This document shows, in pieces, positions 9,264-18,612 of a stretch of DNA of 64,000 bases; position 1 is the first letter of the stretch, and the number at the start of each line of letters is the position of its first letter. The notes under the pieces were generated by a model. It ran no database searches and was not told the origin of the DNA. It was given only the letters and a program-made list of their open reading frames with translations. Made by a program: the position numbers and the translations under genes. The stretch is taken from assembly GCA_964612925.1 (NCBI GenBank), contig CAZTFU010000002.1, forward strand, positions 42,196-106,195, given 5' to 3'. Origin of the DNA: an uncultured Clostridium sp. (GTDB lineage Bacteria; Bacillota; Clostridia; Christensenellales; CAG-138).

Positions 9264-10609
9264 TGATGCGAAGGATATTTGCGCGAAAACAAACTGCACC
9301 GCAAAACACACAGCCGCCTTTCGGATTTGCCGTTTTCGGAAGCCTAATTATCGTAGCGCTTCTTTGTTGCGCACATATAACGGGCAGTACACTGCTTATT
9401 CTTGCGGTGCTGATAGCGTATATAGCATTTGTAATATTTATGACCGTTCATGACATGGGGTATGAGACGATACTGTTCTTTTTGCCATGGAGCGCTCTTT
9501 TGAAGCTGTATAGCGGCGGCATATCATGGTTCACAATAGCACTTATTCTTTATTGTGCGATAAGCCTGATTAAGAAAAAAATGAAGTTGCTCAGCTATCA
9601 ATTCATAATTCCTGCAATACTGATGGCACTTACTCTACTTGCAAAGCTGATTCAAGGCAACGGCATAGCGGCCGATTATATATTCTTTTTTGTAATGCTG
9701 GTGATATTCCCGTGTGCGGTCACATGCGAAGCGGATAAATCATCATTTTGGAACCTGACGATATTCTTTTCTCTTGGAATAATATCCGCGGCATTTTCCG
9801 CCCAGCTTACGGAAGGGTATGCAAATATTTCAAAGTTTATTACCGTACACTCTTATCAAAGCATTACAAGACTTTGCGGATTCTATAGTGATCCCAATTT
9901 TTATTCGGCGCACATAACGGCATGCTTGAGCGGCGTTTTAACACTGCTGAGCTATGAAAAAACTTCACGAAAAAGGCTTTTACTGACTGCTTTGGCAATA
10001 GTGCTTATTTATTGTGGGCTGCTGTCGGCTTCAAAATCGTTTATAATAGTAATAGCCTGCCTTTTCCTTGTTTGGATACCGACTATCATGAGCAGACGCG
10101 GAGGGAAAGCAACAAAATTACGAATACTTTTGGGCGTTATATGTGCCGCCGTCATAATGCTTTCCTCGGTGGCGGTTCAAGAGCTTTTGAAAATGATGAG
10201 TCAACGCTTTTCATATCATTCTGACATATCTCAGATTACAACAGGTCGCACCGAAATATGGCTTAACTATCTTAATGAGTTTTTGGAAAACCCGTTGGTA
10301 CTGTTATTTGGTCAAGGATATACAAATGTTCTTGTTGGGGGCAGAGCATCTCACAATTCGGCCATTCAGACTGTTTTTCAATTCGGCCTTATTGCCTCTC
10401 CGCTGTTGCTGCTTTGGATCCTTGGAACGTTGCGGATAATAAGCAAGAAACTAAACTCGATAGAGTGGAAGTTTGCTTTGCTTATGTGCATTGGCATAGT
10501 GCTGCCGTGGATGGGATTGGATATTCTGTTCTTTGACGAATTCTTTATCCTACCGTTATACGGCATGCTTGCCGTTGCGCACTGCGATAAAAACGTCATG
10601 CAACAGTAA
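9263..10609 (+). CDS. wzy: Wzy-type polysaccharide polymerase / O-antigen ligase-like membrane protein
   Basis: 448 aa, highly hydrophobic polytopic protein with a larger loop near the C-terminal third (RTEIW...GQGY). TAATG overlap with the upstream GT. Confidence 0.72.
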   Translation: MMRRIFARKQTAPQNTQPPFGFAVFGSLIIVALLCCAHITGSTLLILAVLIAYIAFVIFMTVHDMGYETILFFLPWSALLKLYSGGISWFTIALILYCAISLIKKKMKLLSYQFIIPAILMALTLLAKLIQGNGIAADYIFFFVMLVIFPCAVTCEADKSSFWNLTIFFSLGIISAAFSAQLTEGYANISKFITVHSYQSITRLCGFYSDPNFYSAHITACLSGVLTLLSYEKTSRKRLLLTALAIVLIYCGLLSASKSFIIVIACLFLVWIPTIMSRRGGKATKLRILLGVICAAVIMLSSVAVQELLKMMSQRFSYHSDISQITTGRTEIWLNYLNEFLENPLVLLFGQGYTNVLVGGRASHNSAIQTVFQFGLIASPLLLLWILGTLRIISKKLNSIEWKFALLMCIGIVLPWMGLDILFFDEFFILPLYGMLAVAHCDKNVMQQ

Positions 10610-10624
10610 TGTAATATAAGTTAA

Positions 10625-10667
10625 ACAGCCGCTCTTGACCGAATCTCATAATTCGCAAGGCGGCTGT
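10625..10667. terminator. long imperfect hairpin between convergent wzy and the zinc-ribbon gene (putative bidirectional terminator)
   Basis: ACAGCCGC(t)CTTG(ac)CGAAT ctcata ATTCG CAAG GCGGCTGT, with GC-rich outer 8 bp. Flanking U-tracts are weak. Confidence 0.5.
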
Positions 10668-10706
10668 ATAAGGGCTTTTGCACATATTCGGCCTTACGGC
10701 TGAATA

Positions 10707-11054
10707 TTATCTTCTGCCGGGTCCGTGACCCGGACCACCCATGGGTTCGCGACTTCCCATCGGACCATGTCCACCCATAGGGCGCATTGGCCCCATATGC
10801 CCCATGGGACCGTGAGCATGGCTCCTGTACGGCGGAGGCATAAAGTGAATGTGCCGTCTGCGATTCCTTCTCAGGGCATTGGTTAGCAATGAAACGCCGG
10901 CAGCCGTTCCTGCGGCAGTAAGGATTGTCTTTGTCGTGTCCGACGTGGTGTTTGCTGATTGTTGGGTTGCGGAACCGCTTAGTGCCGCACCGCAGTTTGG
11001 ACAGAAATTCGCATCCGTATTCAACTGTGTTCCACAATACTGACAATATGCCAT
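10707..11054 (-). CDS. zinc-ribbon protein with His/Met/Gly/Pro-rich repetitive C-terminal tail
   Basis: CQYCG-x10-CPNCG zinc ribbon at the N-terminus, a weakly hydrophobic segment, RRNRRRH, then HGPMGHMGPMRPMGGHGPMGSREPMGGPGHGPG. Strong AGGAGG RBS 9 nt upstream of the ATG. Confidence 0.75.
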   Translation of the reverse strand: MAYCQYCGTQLNTDANFCPNCGAALSGSATQQSANTTSDTTKTILTAAGTAAGVSLLTNALRRNRRRHIHFMPPPYRSHAHGPMGHMGPMRPMGGHGPMGSREPMGGPGHGPGRR

Positions 11055-11233
11055 TTATTTTACCTCCTGTTAATAGTAATAGTTACTCAGTGTCATTATT
11101 AACAATATAACACATTTTTACTCAATAAAGAATGCTTTTCATTGTTTTATCATGTAAAGTTCATCTTATGTTGACATTCTGATTGATGACAGACTTATGA
11201 AATCTATTTTTACACCCAAATCAGGTGAGACTG

Positions 11234-11263
11234 TTGAAAGGCATATCGGAGTTTTGATATAAT
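11234..11263 (+). promoter_or_regulatory. putative sigma-A promoter for the ASCH-GNAT pair
   Basis: TTGAAA (11234-11239), 18-nt spacer, TGaTATAAT (11255-11263). Confidence 0.5.
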
Positions 11264-11322
11264 ACTTGTATATAGAGATGCAGACTTTTGGAATGTATGC
11301 AAAAATAGGGGAAAGATATATC

Positions 11323-11670
11323 ATGAAGCATTACATGAAATTGTGGCAGCGGCCATTTGAAATGATTCGTTCGGGCGAAAAGACAATCGAACTGCGTTTA
11401 TATGACGAAAAACGCAGGCAGGTCAAAGTGAATGATGAGATTGTATTCACATGTCCGACTAACAATGAAACTCCTATTACGGTTCGGGTGATTGCGTTGC
11501 ATTGTTTTAACAGCTTTGATAAGCTTTATGCTTCGCTTCCGCTCACAAAATGCGGTTATACAGATGAAACCGTGGCAGAAGCATCCGCAAGGGATATGGA
11601 TAGCTATTACAGTGCAGACGAACAGACTCGATACGGCGTTGTCGGAATTGAAATCGAGCGGATAGACTAA
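11323..11670 (+). CDS. ASCH-domain (PUA-like fold) protein
   Basis: MKLWQRPFEMIRSGEKTIELRLYDEKR, a typical ASCH N-terminal strand pattern. The start at 11323 follows a GGGGAAAG RBS; track ORF starts at 11266. Confidence 0.7.
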   Translation: MKHYMKLWQRPFEMIRSGEKTIELRLYDEKRRQVKVNDEIVFTCPTNNETPITVRVIALHCFNSFDKLYASLPLTKCGYTDETVAEASARDMDSYYSADEQTRYGVVGIEIERID

Positions 11671-11696
11671 CAAAAAGTAGCGGGGGAATAATACGG

Positions 11697-12221
11697 ATGC
11701 TGTTGAAAACAGAACGGTTGACGATAAGACATATTAAGGCGGGGGATTGGGAAAGCATAAAAAACTTATGGCAGGATTTTAATGTAAGCGCCCTTTCAAA
11801 ATATGACAGGTCGCACATAACCGACGATGATGATGTACGCTCGAGAATAGCAAGATGGGCTGTGGCAAACGCAGGTACCGAGCATATGTTTTTCGCCGTT
11901 TGCCTCGAAAAAGTCGTTATAGGTTATGTCAGCTTCAACACAAGGAGCAATAATTATGAAATCGGGTATTGCTTTCATTCTGCATATCACGGAAACGGCT
12001 ACGCAAAGGAGAGCATTTCGGCATTGCTTAAATACTTATGCACATTGGGCATAACAAAGTTCACGGCGGGCACGGCCATAGATAATACTCCATCCGTAGC
12101 ATTGCTGAAATCCTTGGGGTTTACATTGATTAACACGGAAAACGTTTCTTTCTATAAAGACATTAACGGGCGTGATATCGTGTTCAAGGGCGGAATTTTT
12201 GAATTGGATTTGGCTCGATAA
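11697..12221 (+). CDS. GNAT-family N-acetyltransferase (RimJ/RimL-like)
   Basis: LKTERLTIRHI N-terminus, IGYCFHSAYHGNGYAKE acetyl-CoA pocket-like motif, NTPSVALLKSLGF. Confidence 0.85.
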   Translation: MLLKTERLTIRHIKAGDWESIKNLWQDFNVSALSKYDRSHITDDDDVRSRIARWAVANAGTEHMFFAVCLEKVVIGYVSFNTRSNNYEIGYCFHSAYHGNGYAKESISALLKYLCTLGITKFTAGTAIDNTPSVALLKSLGFTLINTENVSFYKDINGRDIVFKGGIFELDLAR

Positions 12222-12227
12222 AAGAAT

Positions 12228-12265
12228 AAAGCAATAGCCATGGGAAAAGGTGGCTATTGCTTTTG
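12228..12265. terminator. rho-independent terminator shared by convergent GNAT (+) and M20 peptidase (-) genes
   Basis: GCAATAGCCA (12231-12240) pairs with TGGCTATTGC (12251-12260). 10-nt loop, TTTT downstream on +, A-run upstream giving a U-run on -. Confidence 0.7.
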
Positions 12266-12287
12266 TGCTTATTAAAAACGAGCAGTT

Positions 12288-13478
12288 TTATTTGCAAAAG
12301 CGGCGTATTGCTTCAAAATAAGCTTTTGCACAGCGGAACATATCATCGGGTTCAATAAATTCTTCGCGGCTATGGCACAGCTCCAAATTACCGGGCCCCC
12401 AAACCACGGTCGGTATTTTGCTGTAATGCGAAAGCAGACCGCCGTCCGTCCAGCAGGGAACACCAACGCAGGACAGCGGCGCACCGAGTACGGATTCACC
12501 CGCCTGAATACAGCACTGCACCAGCGGATCACTTTCTGCGGTTTCAAATCCCTGATGAACATAGCCCTTTTCCATAATACTGGCGGGTAAAACCGATAAT
12601 TCCGCATGAAAATCGGTATCCTCACGGGCAAGCTTATCCAATATGGACTGAAGCTGTGCCGTGACAAGCTCATAAGTTTCTTTATCGGGAAGAAAACGCC
12701 TGTCGAGCTGCACACTGCAATGACCCGCAACCGTGGAGGGCTGAGTGCCGCCGCGTATTACAGCGATATTTACCGTACTTTCCTCCAACAGCGGGTGCGT
12801 GAGCGAATGCAACATGGGCTGCAATTCTTCTTCCACGGCACGAATGAAATGCGAGGCTTTTGCTATTGCGTTTATACCAACGCTCTGACTGCTGCCGTGT
12901 ACCGTGCGCCCGATAAAATCAACCTGATACCATTCAAGACCGCGTTGAGCCACGCCCAAGCATGATGTTGAAAGGGGCTCACCGACTATTGCACCATCGG
13001 CATGTATTCCGTTTTCTATCAGGTTTATTGTGCCAAGACTGCCTTCTTCTTCATCCGCTACGCCCGAGAACACAACATCGCCGCTTAAATCAAGTTTGCT
13101 TCGCTTTGCGGCAATTATGGCGGCCATCATGGTGGCAAGAGGACCCTTCATATCCGCTGTACCGCGTCCGAAAAGCTTTTCGCCTTCAATGCGGGGCGTG
13201 CAAGCGTTTTCCATGTCATAAGGCGGCACGGTATCCATATGTCCGTTAAAAAGCAGTGTGCGCCCGCCGCCGACTCCATTCAGCGTTGCGATAACGTTTG
13301 CGCGGCCGTTGGGCAATTCCTGTATGCGGCAAGGAATACCCTCTTTATCAAATACACTTTTGATGTACTTGGCTACGGCCATTTCCTGTTCGGCTATTCC
13401 GGGGTATGACGGTATGGACACCATATCCATTGTCCATTTTACGATTTCATCTTTTGAAACCGCGAATTCGTTTATCAT
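12288..13478 (-). CDS. M20-family metallopeptidase, ArgE/DapE-like
   Basis: HMDTVP, GRGTADMKG and ADEEEGS metal-ligand motifs. Last gene of the ldcA-peptide transporter operon; 4-nt overlap with the upstream gene. Confidence 0.88.
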   Translation of the reverse strand: MINEFAVSKDEIVKWTMDMVSIPSYPGIAEQEMAVAKYIKSVFDKEGIPCRIQELPNGRANVIATLNGVGGGRTLLFNGHMDTVPPYDMENACTPRIEGEKLFGRGTADMKGPLATMMAAIIAAKRSKLDLSGDVVFSGVADEEEGSLGTINLIENGIHADGAIVGEPLSTSCLGVAQRGLEWYQVDFIGRTVHGSSQSVGINAIAKASHFIRAVEEELQPMLHSLTHPLLEESTVNIAVIRGGTQPSTVAGHCSVQLDRRFLPDKETYELVTAQLQSILDKLAREDTDFHAELSVLPASIMEKGYVHQGFETAESDPLVQCCIQAGESVLGAPLSCVGVPCWTDGGLLSHYSKIPTVVWGPGNLELCHSREEFIEPDDMFRCAKAYFEAIRRFCK

Positions 13479-14725
13479 GCTTCCTCCTTTGCAATGCGGC
13501 GAAGGTATTCGGTATATACCTCGGTTACGCGAATAAAGTCCGCATATGAAGTGTGCTCATTTTCCTCATGCGCACTGCCCTCATCCGTGGGCAGTGTCGG
13601 ACCCCAGCCCACATGGTGCGGAAATGCACTGCAATACGATGCACCCGATGCCGTATAACAGCCGGGTGTTATGTCGAATTCTTCGCCAACCTTATTCATA
13701 AGGTGAATGAATGGCCTGTCGGGGTCAACAAACATTGGCGTTGAAGCATTCGATTTACTTATTATAAAACCGTATTTTTCGGAAAGCACTTCAAACGCCA
13801 GGTTTATTTGCTCTTTTGATGCACCCGGACGAAGCCGTATGTTTATGTTTAATGCGGCCTTGCCGTCCTTTAGAGAAAGGACGGTTGGCGAGCATACGGT
13901 TTTTCCTACATATATGCCGTTGAACGTGTCCGAACCGTCATCTATGCCCAAGGTAACGGAGGGATGATCGTTAGTGAACATATCATTGATAAACCGCCAT
14001 AGTGATGCATCACATGCTTGTTTTGCAAGGTGCAAAATAGCATTATCTCCCTTTTCGGGGGCGGAGGAATGAACGGACACTCCCGTTGTAGTAACAACCG
14101 TACCATCCTTGCGGCGCAAATGTGCAAACGAAGGCACCGTGTTCGGACTATCTCCCGCATAAAGCTCATCAATGTCGGGCACGTCAAACAGAAGGAGATA
14201 ATCGGCATAGCCCTTTTCGGCATTGTAAACGGGAAATGCCGCATCGGGCGAAAAACCGTAATCGGGCACGCCGAATTGTGTCTTATAATGCTCCATATCC
14301 GTCCATTCGCTTTCTTCGCTTGTACCGATGATAAGGCGAATCTTTTTGCGTAGCGGGATACCCTCTTCAACTATTGTGTTCATGGCATGCAGGCATTGAA
14401 TAACGGGGCCTTTATCGTCCTCAACTCCGCGACCGTAGAGAACGCCGTCACGCAGTGTAAGCGTAAACGGGTCGCTTATCCACTTTGCCCTGTCACCAAT
14501 GCCCACAACATCAACGTGTGCCAATATGCCCAAGGTGACTTCGCCCTGACCGATTTCCGCCCACCCTGCATCACCTTCTTTTGTGATGCCGATACGCATA
14601 CCCATTTCACGCGCCCTGTTAAGAACAAAATCAAGTGCCTGTCGGCATGGCTTTTGATCACCTGACAGAGAGGGGATTGCTATCAATGCGGAAAGATCGC
14701 TTATAAGCTGCTTTTCATTTATCAT
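13475..14725 (-). CDS. M20-family dipeptidase, PepV/Sapep-like
   Basis: LAHVDVV, GRGVEDDKGP, GTSEESEW motifs. 4-nt overlaps on both sides. Confidence 0.85.
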   Translation of the reverse strand: MINEKQLISDLSALIAIPSLSGDQKPCRQALDFVLNRAREMGMRIGITKEGDAGWAEIGQGEVTLGILAHVDVVGIGDRAKWISDPFTLTLRDGVLYGRGVEDDKGPVIQCLHAMNTIVEEGIPLRKKIRLIIGTSEESEWTDMEHYKTQFGVPDYGFSPDAAFPVYNAEKGYADYLLLFDVPDIDELYAGDSPNTVPSFAHLRRKDGTVVTTTGVSVHSSAPEKGDNAILHLAKQACDASLWRFINDMFTNDHPSVTLGIDDGSDTFNGIYVGKTVCSPTVLSLKDGKAALNINIRLRPGASKEQINLAFEVLSEKYGFIISKSNASTPMFVDPDRPFIHLMNKVGEEFDITPGCYTASGASYCSAFPHHVGWGPTLPTDEGSAHEENEHTSYADFIRVTEVYTEYLRRIAKEEA

Positions 14726-15723
14726 GTATCCTCCACAACGTGACAGGCAACCTGGTGATCCGTGCCGATATCTTTCAGCATAGGCTCCTCATGGCGGCAA
14801 CGCTCGGTACAATACTTACAGCGTGATGCAAATTTGCAGCCCTCTATTACGGCGGCGGCATTGGGCGTTTCGCCCTCAAGCAACTCGCGCTTGCCCCGCC
14901 TTATTTGACCGGGGACGGGCATAATGTTTATCAGTGCTTTGGTATAAGGGTGTATGCCATGGCGCAATATTTCATCGGCCGTGCCGATTTCCATTATTTT
15001 GCCAAGATACATTATTGCGATACGATCCGATATCAACCACGAAAGAGAAAGATCGTGAGTTATGAAAAGATAGGTGAGACCCATCTTCTCTCGCTGTTCA
15101 AGCATAAGCTTAACTATGCCCGTGCGAATACTTGCATCAAGCATTGAAACGGGTTCGTCCGCAACGATAAATTCGGGTTCCATAACCAATGCACCGGCAA
15201 TGGCTACACGCTGACGCTGCCCGCCAGATAGGGCATAGGGATAGCGGTAAAGATAATCCTCCGGCGGCGTAAGCCCCGCATTAGACAATGCGCATGCAAT
15301 ACGGTCGGCACGGTCCTTTGCATCTGTTGCAATGTTATTGACATCCAGCGGCTCACCCACGATATCGGAAATATACATGCGCGGGTTAAGCGCCTGATAC
15401 GGATCTTGGTATATCATTTGTGCACGGCGGCGGAAAGCTTGCAGTTCCTTAAACGTAGTACCGATGGGGCGACCGTTATAGAGTACCGATCCGCCGCTTA
15501 TCGGTGCAAGCTGCAATATTGCTTTGCCTGTTGTCGTTTTGCCTGAGCCCGATTCGCCTACCAAGGACAGTATTTCGCCCTTTTGTATTGAAAAGCTTAC
15601 ACCGTCAACCGCCTTGAGCACCTTCTTGCTGCCGAAAAGCGCACTTGCCGCAGAATCTTTAACGGGAAAATGCACCTGCAGGTTTTCAACTTGGACTAAG
15701 GGATTATTATCTGTCATGGTCAT
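14722..15723 (-). CDS. oppF: oligopeptide/dipeptide ABC transporter ATP-binding protein
   Basis: Walker A GESGSGKTT, signature LSGGQRQR, Walker B FIVADEPVSMLD. Cys-rich Opp-type C-terminal extension CKFASRCKYCTERC. Confidence 0.9.
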   Translation of the reverse strand: MTMTDNNPLVQVENLQVHFPVKDSAASALFGSKKVLKAVDGVSFSIQKGEILSLVGESGSGKTTTGKAILQLAPISGGSVLYNGRPIGTTFKELQAFRRRAQMIYQDPYQALNPRMYISDIVGEPLDVNNIATDAKDRADRIACALSNAGLTPPEDYLYRYPYALSGGQRQRVAIAGALVMEPEFIVADEPVSMLDASIRTGIVKLMLEQREKMGLTYLFITHDLSLSWLISDRIAIMYLGKIMEIGTADEILRHGIHPYTKALINIMPVPGQIRRGKRELLEGETPNAAAVIEGCKFASRCKYCTERCRHEEPMLKDIGTDHQVACHVVEDT

Positions 15724-16685
15724 ACCTCCTTACAATGGCAGGCAACAAAATGCTTTTCGCCTATTTGACGCATTTCGGGTTCAACCTTGTCGCATATCTC
15801 GGTGCAGCAATGGCAGCGCGGATTAAACCTGCATCCGTTTGGTGGGTCGATAAGGTTTGGCGGATAACCGGGGATTCCGTCGGGAATCGCACGGCGAGAA
15901 TTTATGTTTGGGAAGCACTCTATCAGCCGCCGCGTATACGGATGGGCGGGGTGATTGAATATATCGTCAACCGTGCCTATTTCGGCTATTTTTCCCGCGT
16001 ACATTACAGCTATGCGGTCACATGTTTCACCGAGTATTGAAAGGTCATGCGTAATAAGTATCATGCCCATATGCATTTCACGGCGAAGCTTTTCAAGCAG
16101 TTCAAGTATTTGTGCCTGTATCATAACATCAAGCGCGGTCGTAGGCTCGTCGCCTATGATAAGCTTTGCATTGCAGGCAAGTGCCATGGCTATCATTGCA
16201 CGCTGTTTCATGCCGCCCGAGAATTCGTGCGGGTACTGACGAACACGAGAGCGGGGGATGCCCACAAGTTCAAAAAGATCTCCCGCGCGGTTCCACGCCT
16301 GCTCTTTTGTGAGTCCGTCATGAAGCATCATAGCCTCCGCAAGCTGCCAGCCGACACGCTTGACGGGGTTGAATGCGTTCATTGCTCCTTGAAAGATTAT
16401 GGAAACGTCCTTCCAGCGATGTTCGCGCATTTCTTTATCGCTGAGCTTATGGTAGTCTATGCCGTCAACAAGTATTTCGCCGCCGTTTATGTAACCTTCC
16501 TTTGGCAGCAGATTACATATTGAAAGTGCGCTTGTACTTTTTCCGCAGCCTGATTCGCCGACTAAGCCCAGGCATTCTCCTGCCTCAAGGTCAAAGCTTA
16601 CTCCGTCGACCGCGCGCAGTTCGCCCTTTGTGGTATGGAAATATGTTTGCAGATTCTTAACTTCGAGTAATTTCATGGCACTCAC
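15720..16685 (-). CDS. oppD: oligopeptide/dipeptide ABC transporter ATP-binding protein
   Basis: Walker A GESGCGKST, signature FSGGMKQR, Walker B LIIGDEPTTALD. C-terminal CRFNPRCHCCTEIC. Confidence 0.9.
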   Translation of the reverse strand: MSAMKLLEVKNLQTYFHTTKGELRAVDGVSFDLEAGECLGLVGESGCGKSTSALSICNLLPKEGYINGGEILVDGIDYHKLSDKEMREHRWKDVSIIFQGAMNAFNPVKRVGWQLAEAMMLHDGLTKEQAWNRAGDLFELVGIPRSRVRQYPHEFSGGMKQRAMIAMALACNAKLIIGDEPTTALDVMIQAQILELLEKLRREMHMGMILITHDLSILGETCDRIAVMYAGKIAEIGTVDDIFNHPAHPYTRRLIECFPNINSRRAIPDGIPGYPPNLIDPPNGCRFNPRCHCCTEICDKVEPEMRQIGEKHFVACHCKEV

Positions 16686-17584
16686 CTCTTTTTCAGTTTG
16701 GGATTGAGTATTTCGTCAAACGCATAACCCATTAGAGTAAACCCGAGCGCAACTAAAATAACGCATATGCCGGGTGTTATAAAGTACCACCATGCACCGT
16801 TAGTCATGGCTCCTGTCGAATAAGCGTCGTTCAGCATAGTGCCCCAGCTTGGATTGGTCGGGTCGCCAAGGCCAAGGAACGCAAGTGAGGTCTCGGTAAG
16901 TATGGAGCTTGAAATTATAAGTATGCTTTCCGAAAACACAAGCGGAAAAACGTTTGGCAAAATGTGGCGCATCATAATATGGCGCTTGTTTGCGCCTATG
17001 GATACCGTGCGCTCAACATATTGCTGCTCTTTAACGGACAATGTCTGTGCGCGGATAACGCGAGCCGTGCCCGCCCAACCTGTAAGGCCGATAACAAGAA
17101 TTATATTCCACATACTGTTTCCGAGAATGGCCGCAAGCACCATACAGAATGGGAGCCATGGGAGAACAAGGAAAAAGTCTGTTATGCGCATAAGCAGATT
17201 GTCTACCCAGCCGCCAATATAGCCTGCGGTTATGCCTATAAACGTGCCGAGCAGCATTGATATAACGGTTGCGGTTATGCCCACGAACAACGATGAACGT
17301 GCTCCGCTCATCAGATAGGCCAGTACATCGCGGCCGAGATTGTCGGTACCCAACAGGTGCTGCCATGAGGGCGGATTGAATATTTCGCTGCGGCTTGATG
17401 CTATATCCGTGGTCTTGAATGGCATGATTATTGGGCCGATAATAGCCATAAGGATAAAGAATGCAATTATGAACATACCTATCCGTGCCATCAAATTGCC
17501 ATAGGTTTGGCGGAAAAACTCACGGTTTCTGTTGCGACGAAGCGAACGTTTTAACGCACGGCTTTCGTTGAGTGATTTTGTCAT
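16682..17584 (-). CDS. oppC: peptide ABC transporter permease
   Basis: BPD-type permease with about 6 TM segments and an EAA-like loop (SIGANKRHIMMRHILPN). Confidence 0.88.
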   Translation of the reverse strand: MTKSLNESRALKRSLRRNRNREFFRQTYGNLMARIGMFIIAFFILMAIIGPIIMPFKTTDIASSRSEIFNPPSWQHLLGTDNLGRDVLAYLMSGARSSLFVGITATVISMLLGTFIGITAGYIGGWVDNLLMRITDFFLVLPWLPFCMVLAAILGNSMWNIILVIGLTGWAGTARVIRAQTLSVKEQQYVERTVSIGANKRHIMMRHILPNVFPLVFSESILIISSSILTETSLAFLGLGDPTNPSWGTMLNDAYSTGAMTNGAWWYFITPGICVILVALGFTLMGYAFDEILNPKLKKR

Positions 17585-17600
17585 AATTTAACCTCCTTCC

Positions 17601-18569
17601 TTAATTCTTTACTCGCGGATCTATCAGGGCGTATATACTGTCAGTAACAAAGTTTGTAACGACGACAGCTATTGTCGTTATCACAAAACAGCCCTGCAAA
17701 AGCGGATAATCACGCTTTATAAGCGCCTCATACATAAGCTTTCCGAGTCCTTGCCAAGAGAACAGCGTTTCAAGCTGAATGGCACCGCCAACAACGAGTG
17801 AAAGGTTCATTGCAATAACGGTTATCATCGGCAGCATTGCATTGGGCATGGCATGCTTCATAAGAATATACCTTGTTGAAAAACCCTTGGCGCGGGCCGT
17901 GGTTATGTAATCCTCCGTGAGCACGTCTATCATGGTGCTACGCATCAATATTGCATAGCTGCCAAGCATCAGTATGCCCATACAAAGCATAGGCAGTATC
18001 ATGTGTTTAAGATAATCCTGAATATGCTTCCATCCCGTATAATTGGTTCCTGCCGTGGTTATGCCGCCTGTCGGGAACCAATGAAGGCCAACGCAGAACA
18101 CGAATATAAGCACCATTGCAAACCAGAATGTCGGCATGGAATAAAGCACGAGCGAGCCCGAAAGCAATCCCGTATCAAGTGCGGTACCGCGTTTCCACGC
18201 ACATATAACGCCTATAAGTATACCGAGCACAATGGCTATTATCTCTGCGGCAACAAGCAGAATTACGGTATTTGGAATGCGCCCCGCAATTATTGCAAGC
18301 ACGTCCTGCTTACCGTCATATGTGTTAAATGCATCTCCAAAGTCTCCCGTAAGAAGATCGCTCATGTACTTTACAAATTGCTTCATAATGGGCTGGTCAA
18401 GCCCCGCGTTTGCAATAAGACGATCCTTGACTTCTTGAGAGGTGGTGCTTTTTGCTATTATGGTTGTGGCATCACCCGGCATAACACGGAAAAGAAAGAA
18501 GTTGAACGCCACAACAAAAAGAATGGTGATAATGGCAAACAACAGTTTTTTGATAATATGTTTGGTCAA
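17601..18569 (-). CDS. oppB: peptide ABC transporter permease
   Basis: BPD-type permease with EAA-like loop TARAKGFSTRYILMKHAMPNA. Confidence 0.88.
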   Translation of the reverse strand: MTKHIIKKLLFAIITILFVVAFNFFLFRVMPGDATTIIAKSTTSQEVKDRLIANAGLDQPIMKQFVKYMSDLLTGDFGDAFNTYDGKQDVLAIIAGRIPNTVILLVAAEIIAIVLGILIGVICAWKRGTALDTGLLSGSLVLYSMPTFWFAMVLIFVFCVGLHWFPTGGITTAGTNYTGWKHIQDYLKHMILPMLCMGILMLGSYAILMRSTMIDVLTEDYITTARAKGFSTRYILMKHAMPNAMLPMITVIAMNLSLVVGGAIQLETLFSWQGLGKLMYEALIKRDYPLLQGCFVITTIAVVVTNFVTDSIYALIDPRVKN

Positions 18570-18612
18570 ATTCGAACACCTCCGGGGTGCGGTAATTTAA
18601 ATCGGAATAAGG

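Noticed and set aside
10621-11046. 141-aa minus-strand ORF overlapping the zinc-ribbon gene in another frame
   Set aside because: The alternative frame (10707..11054) has the strong AGGAGG RBS and a recognisable zinc-ribbon motif. This frame has neither.
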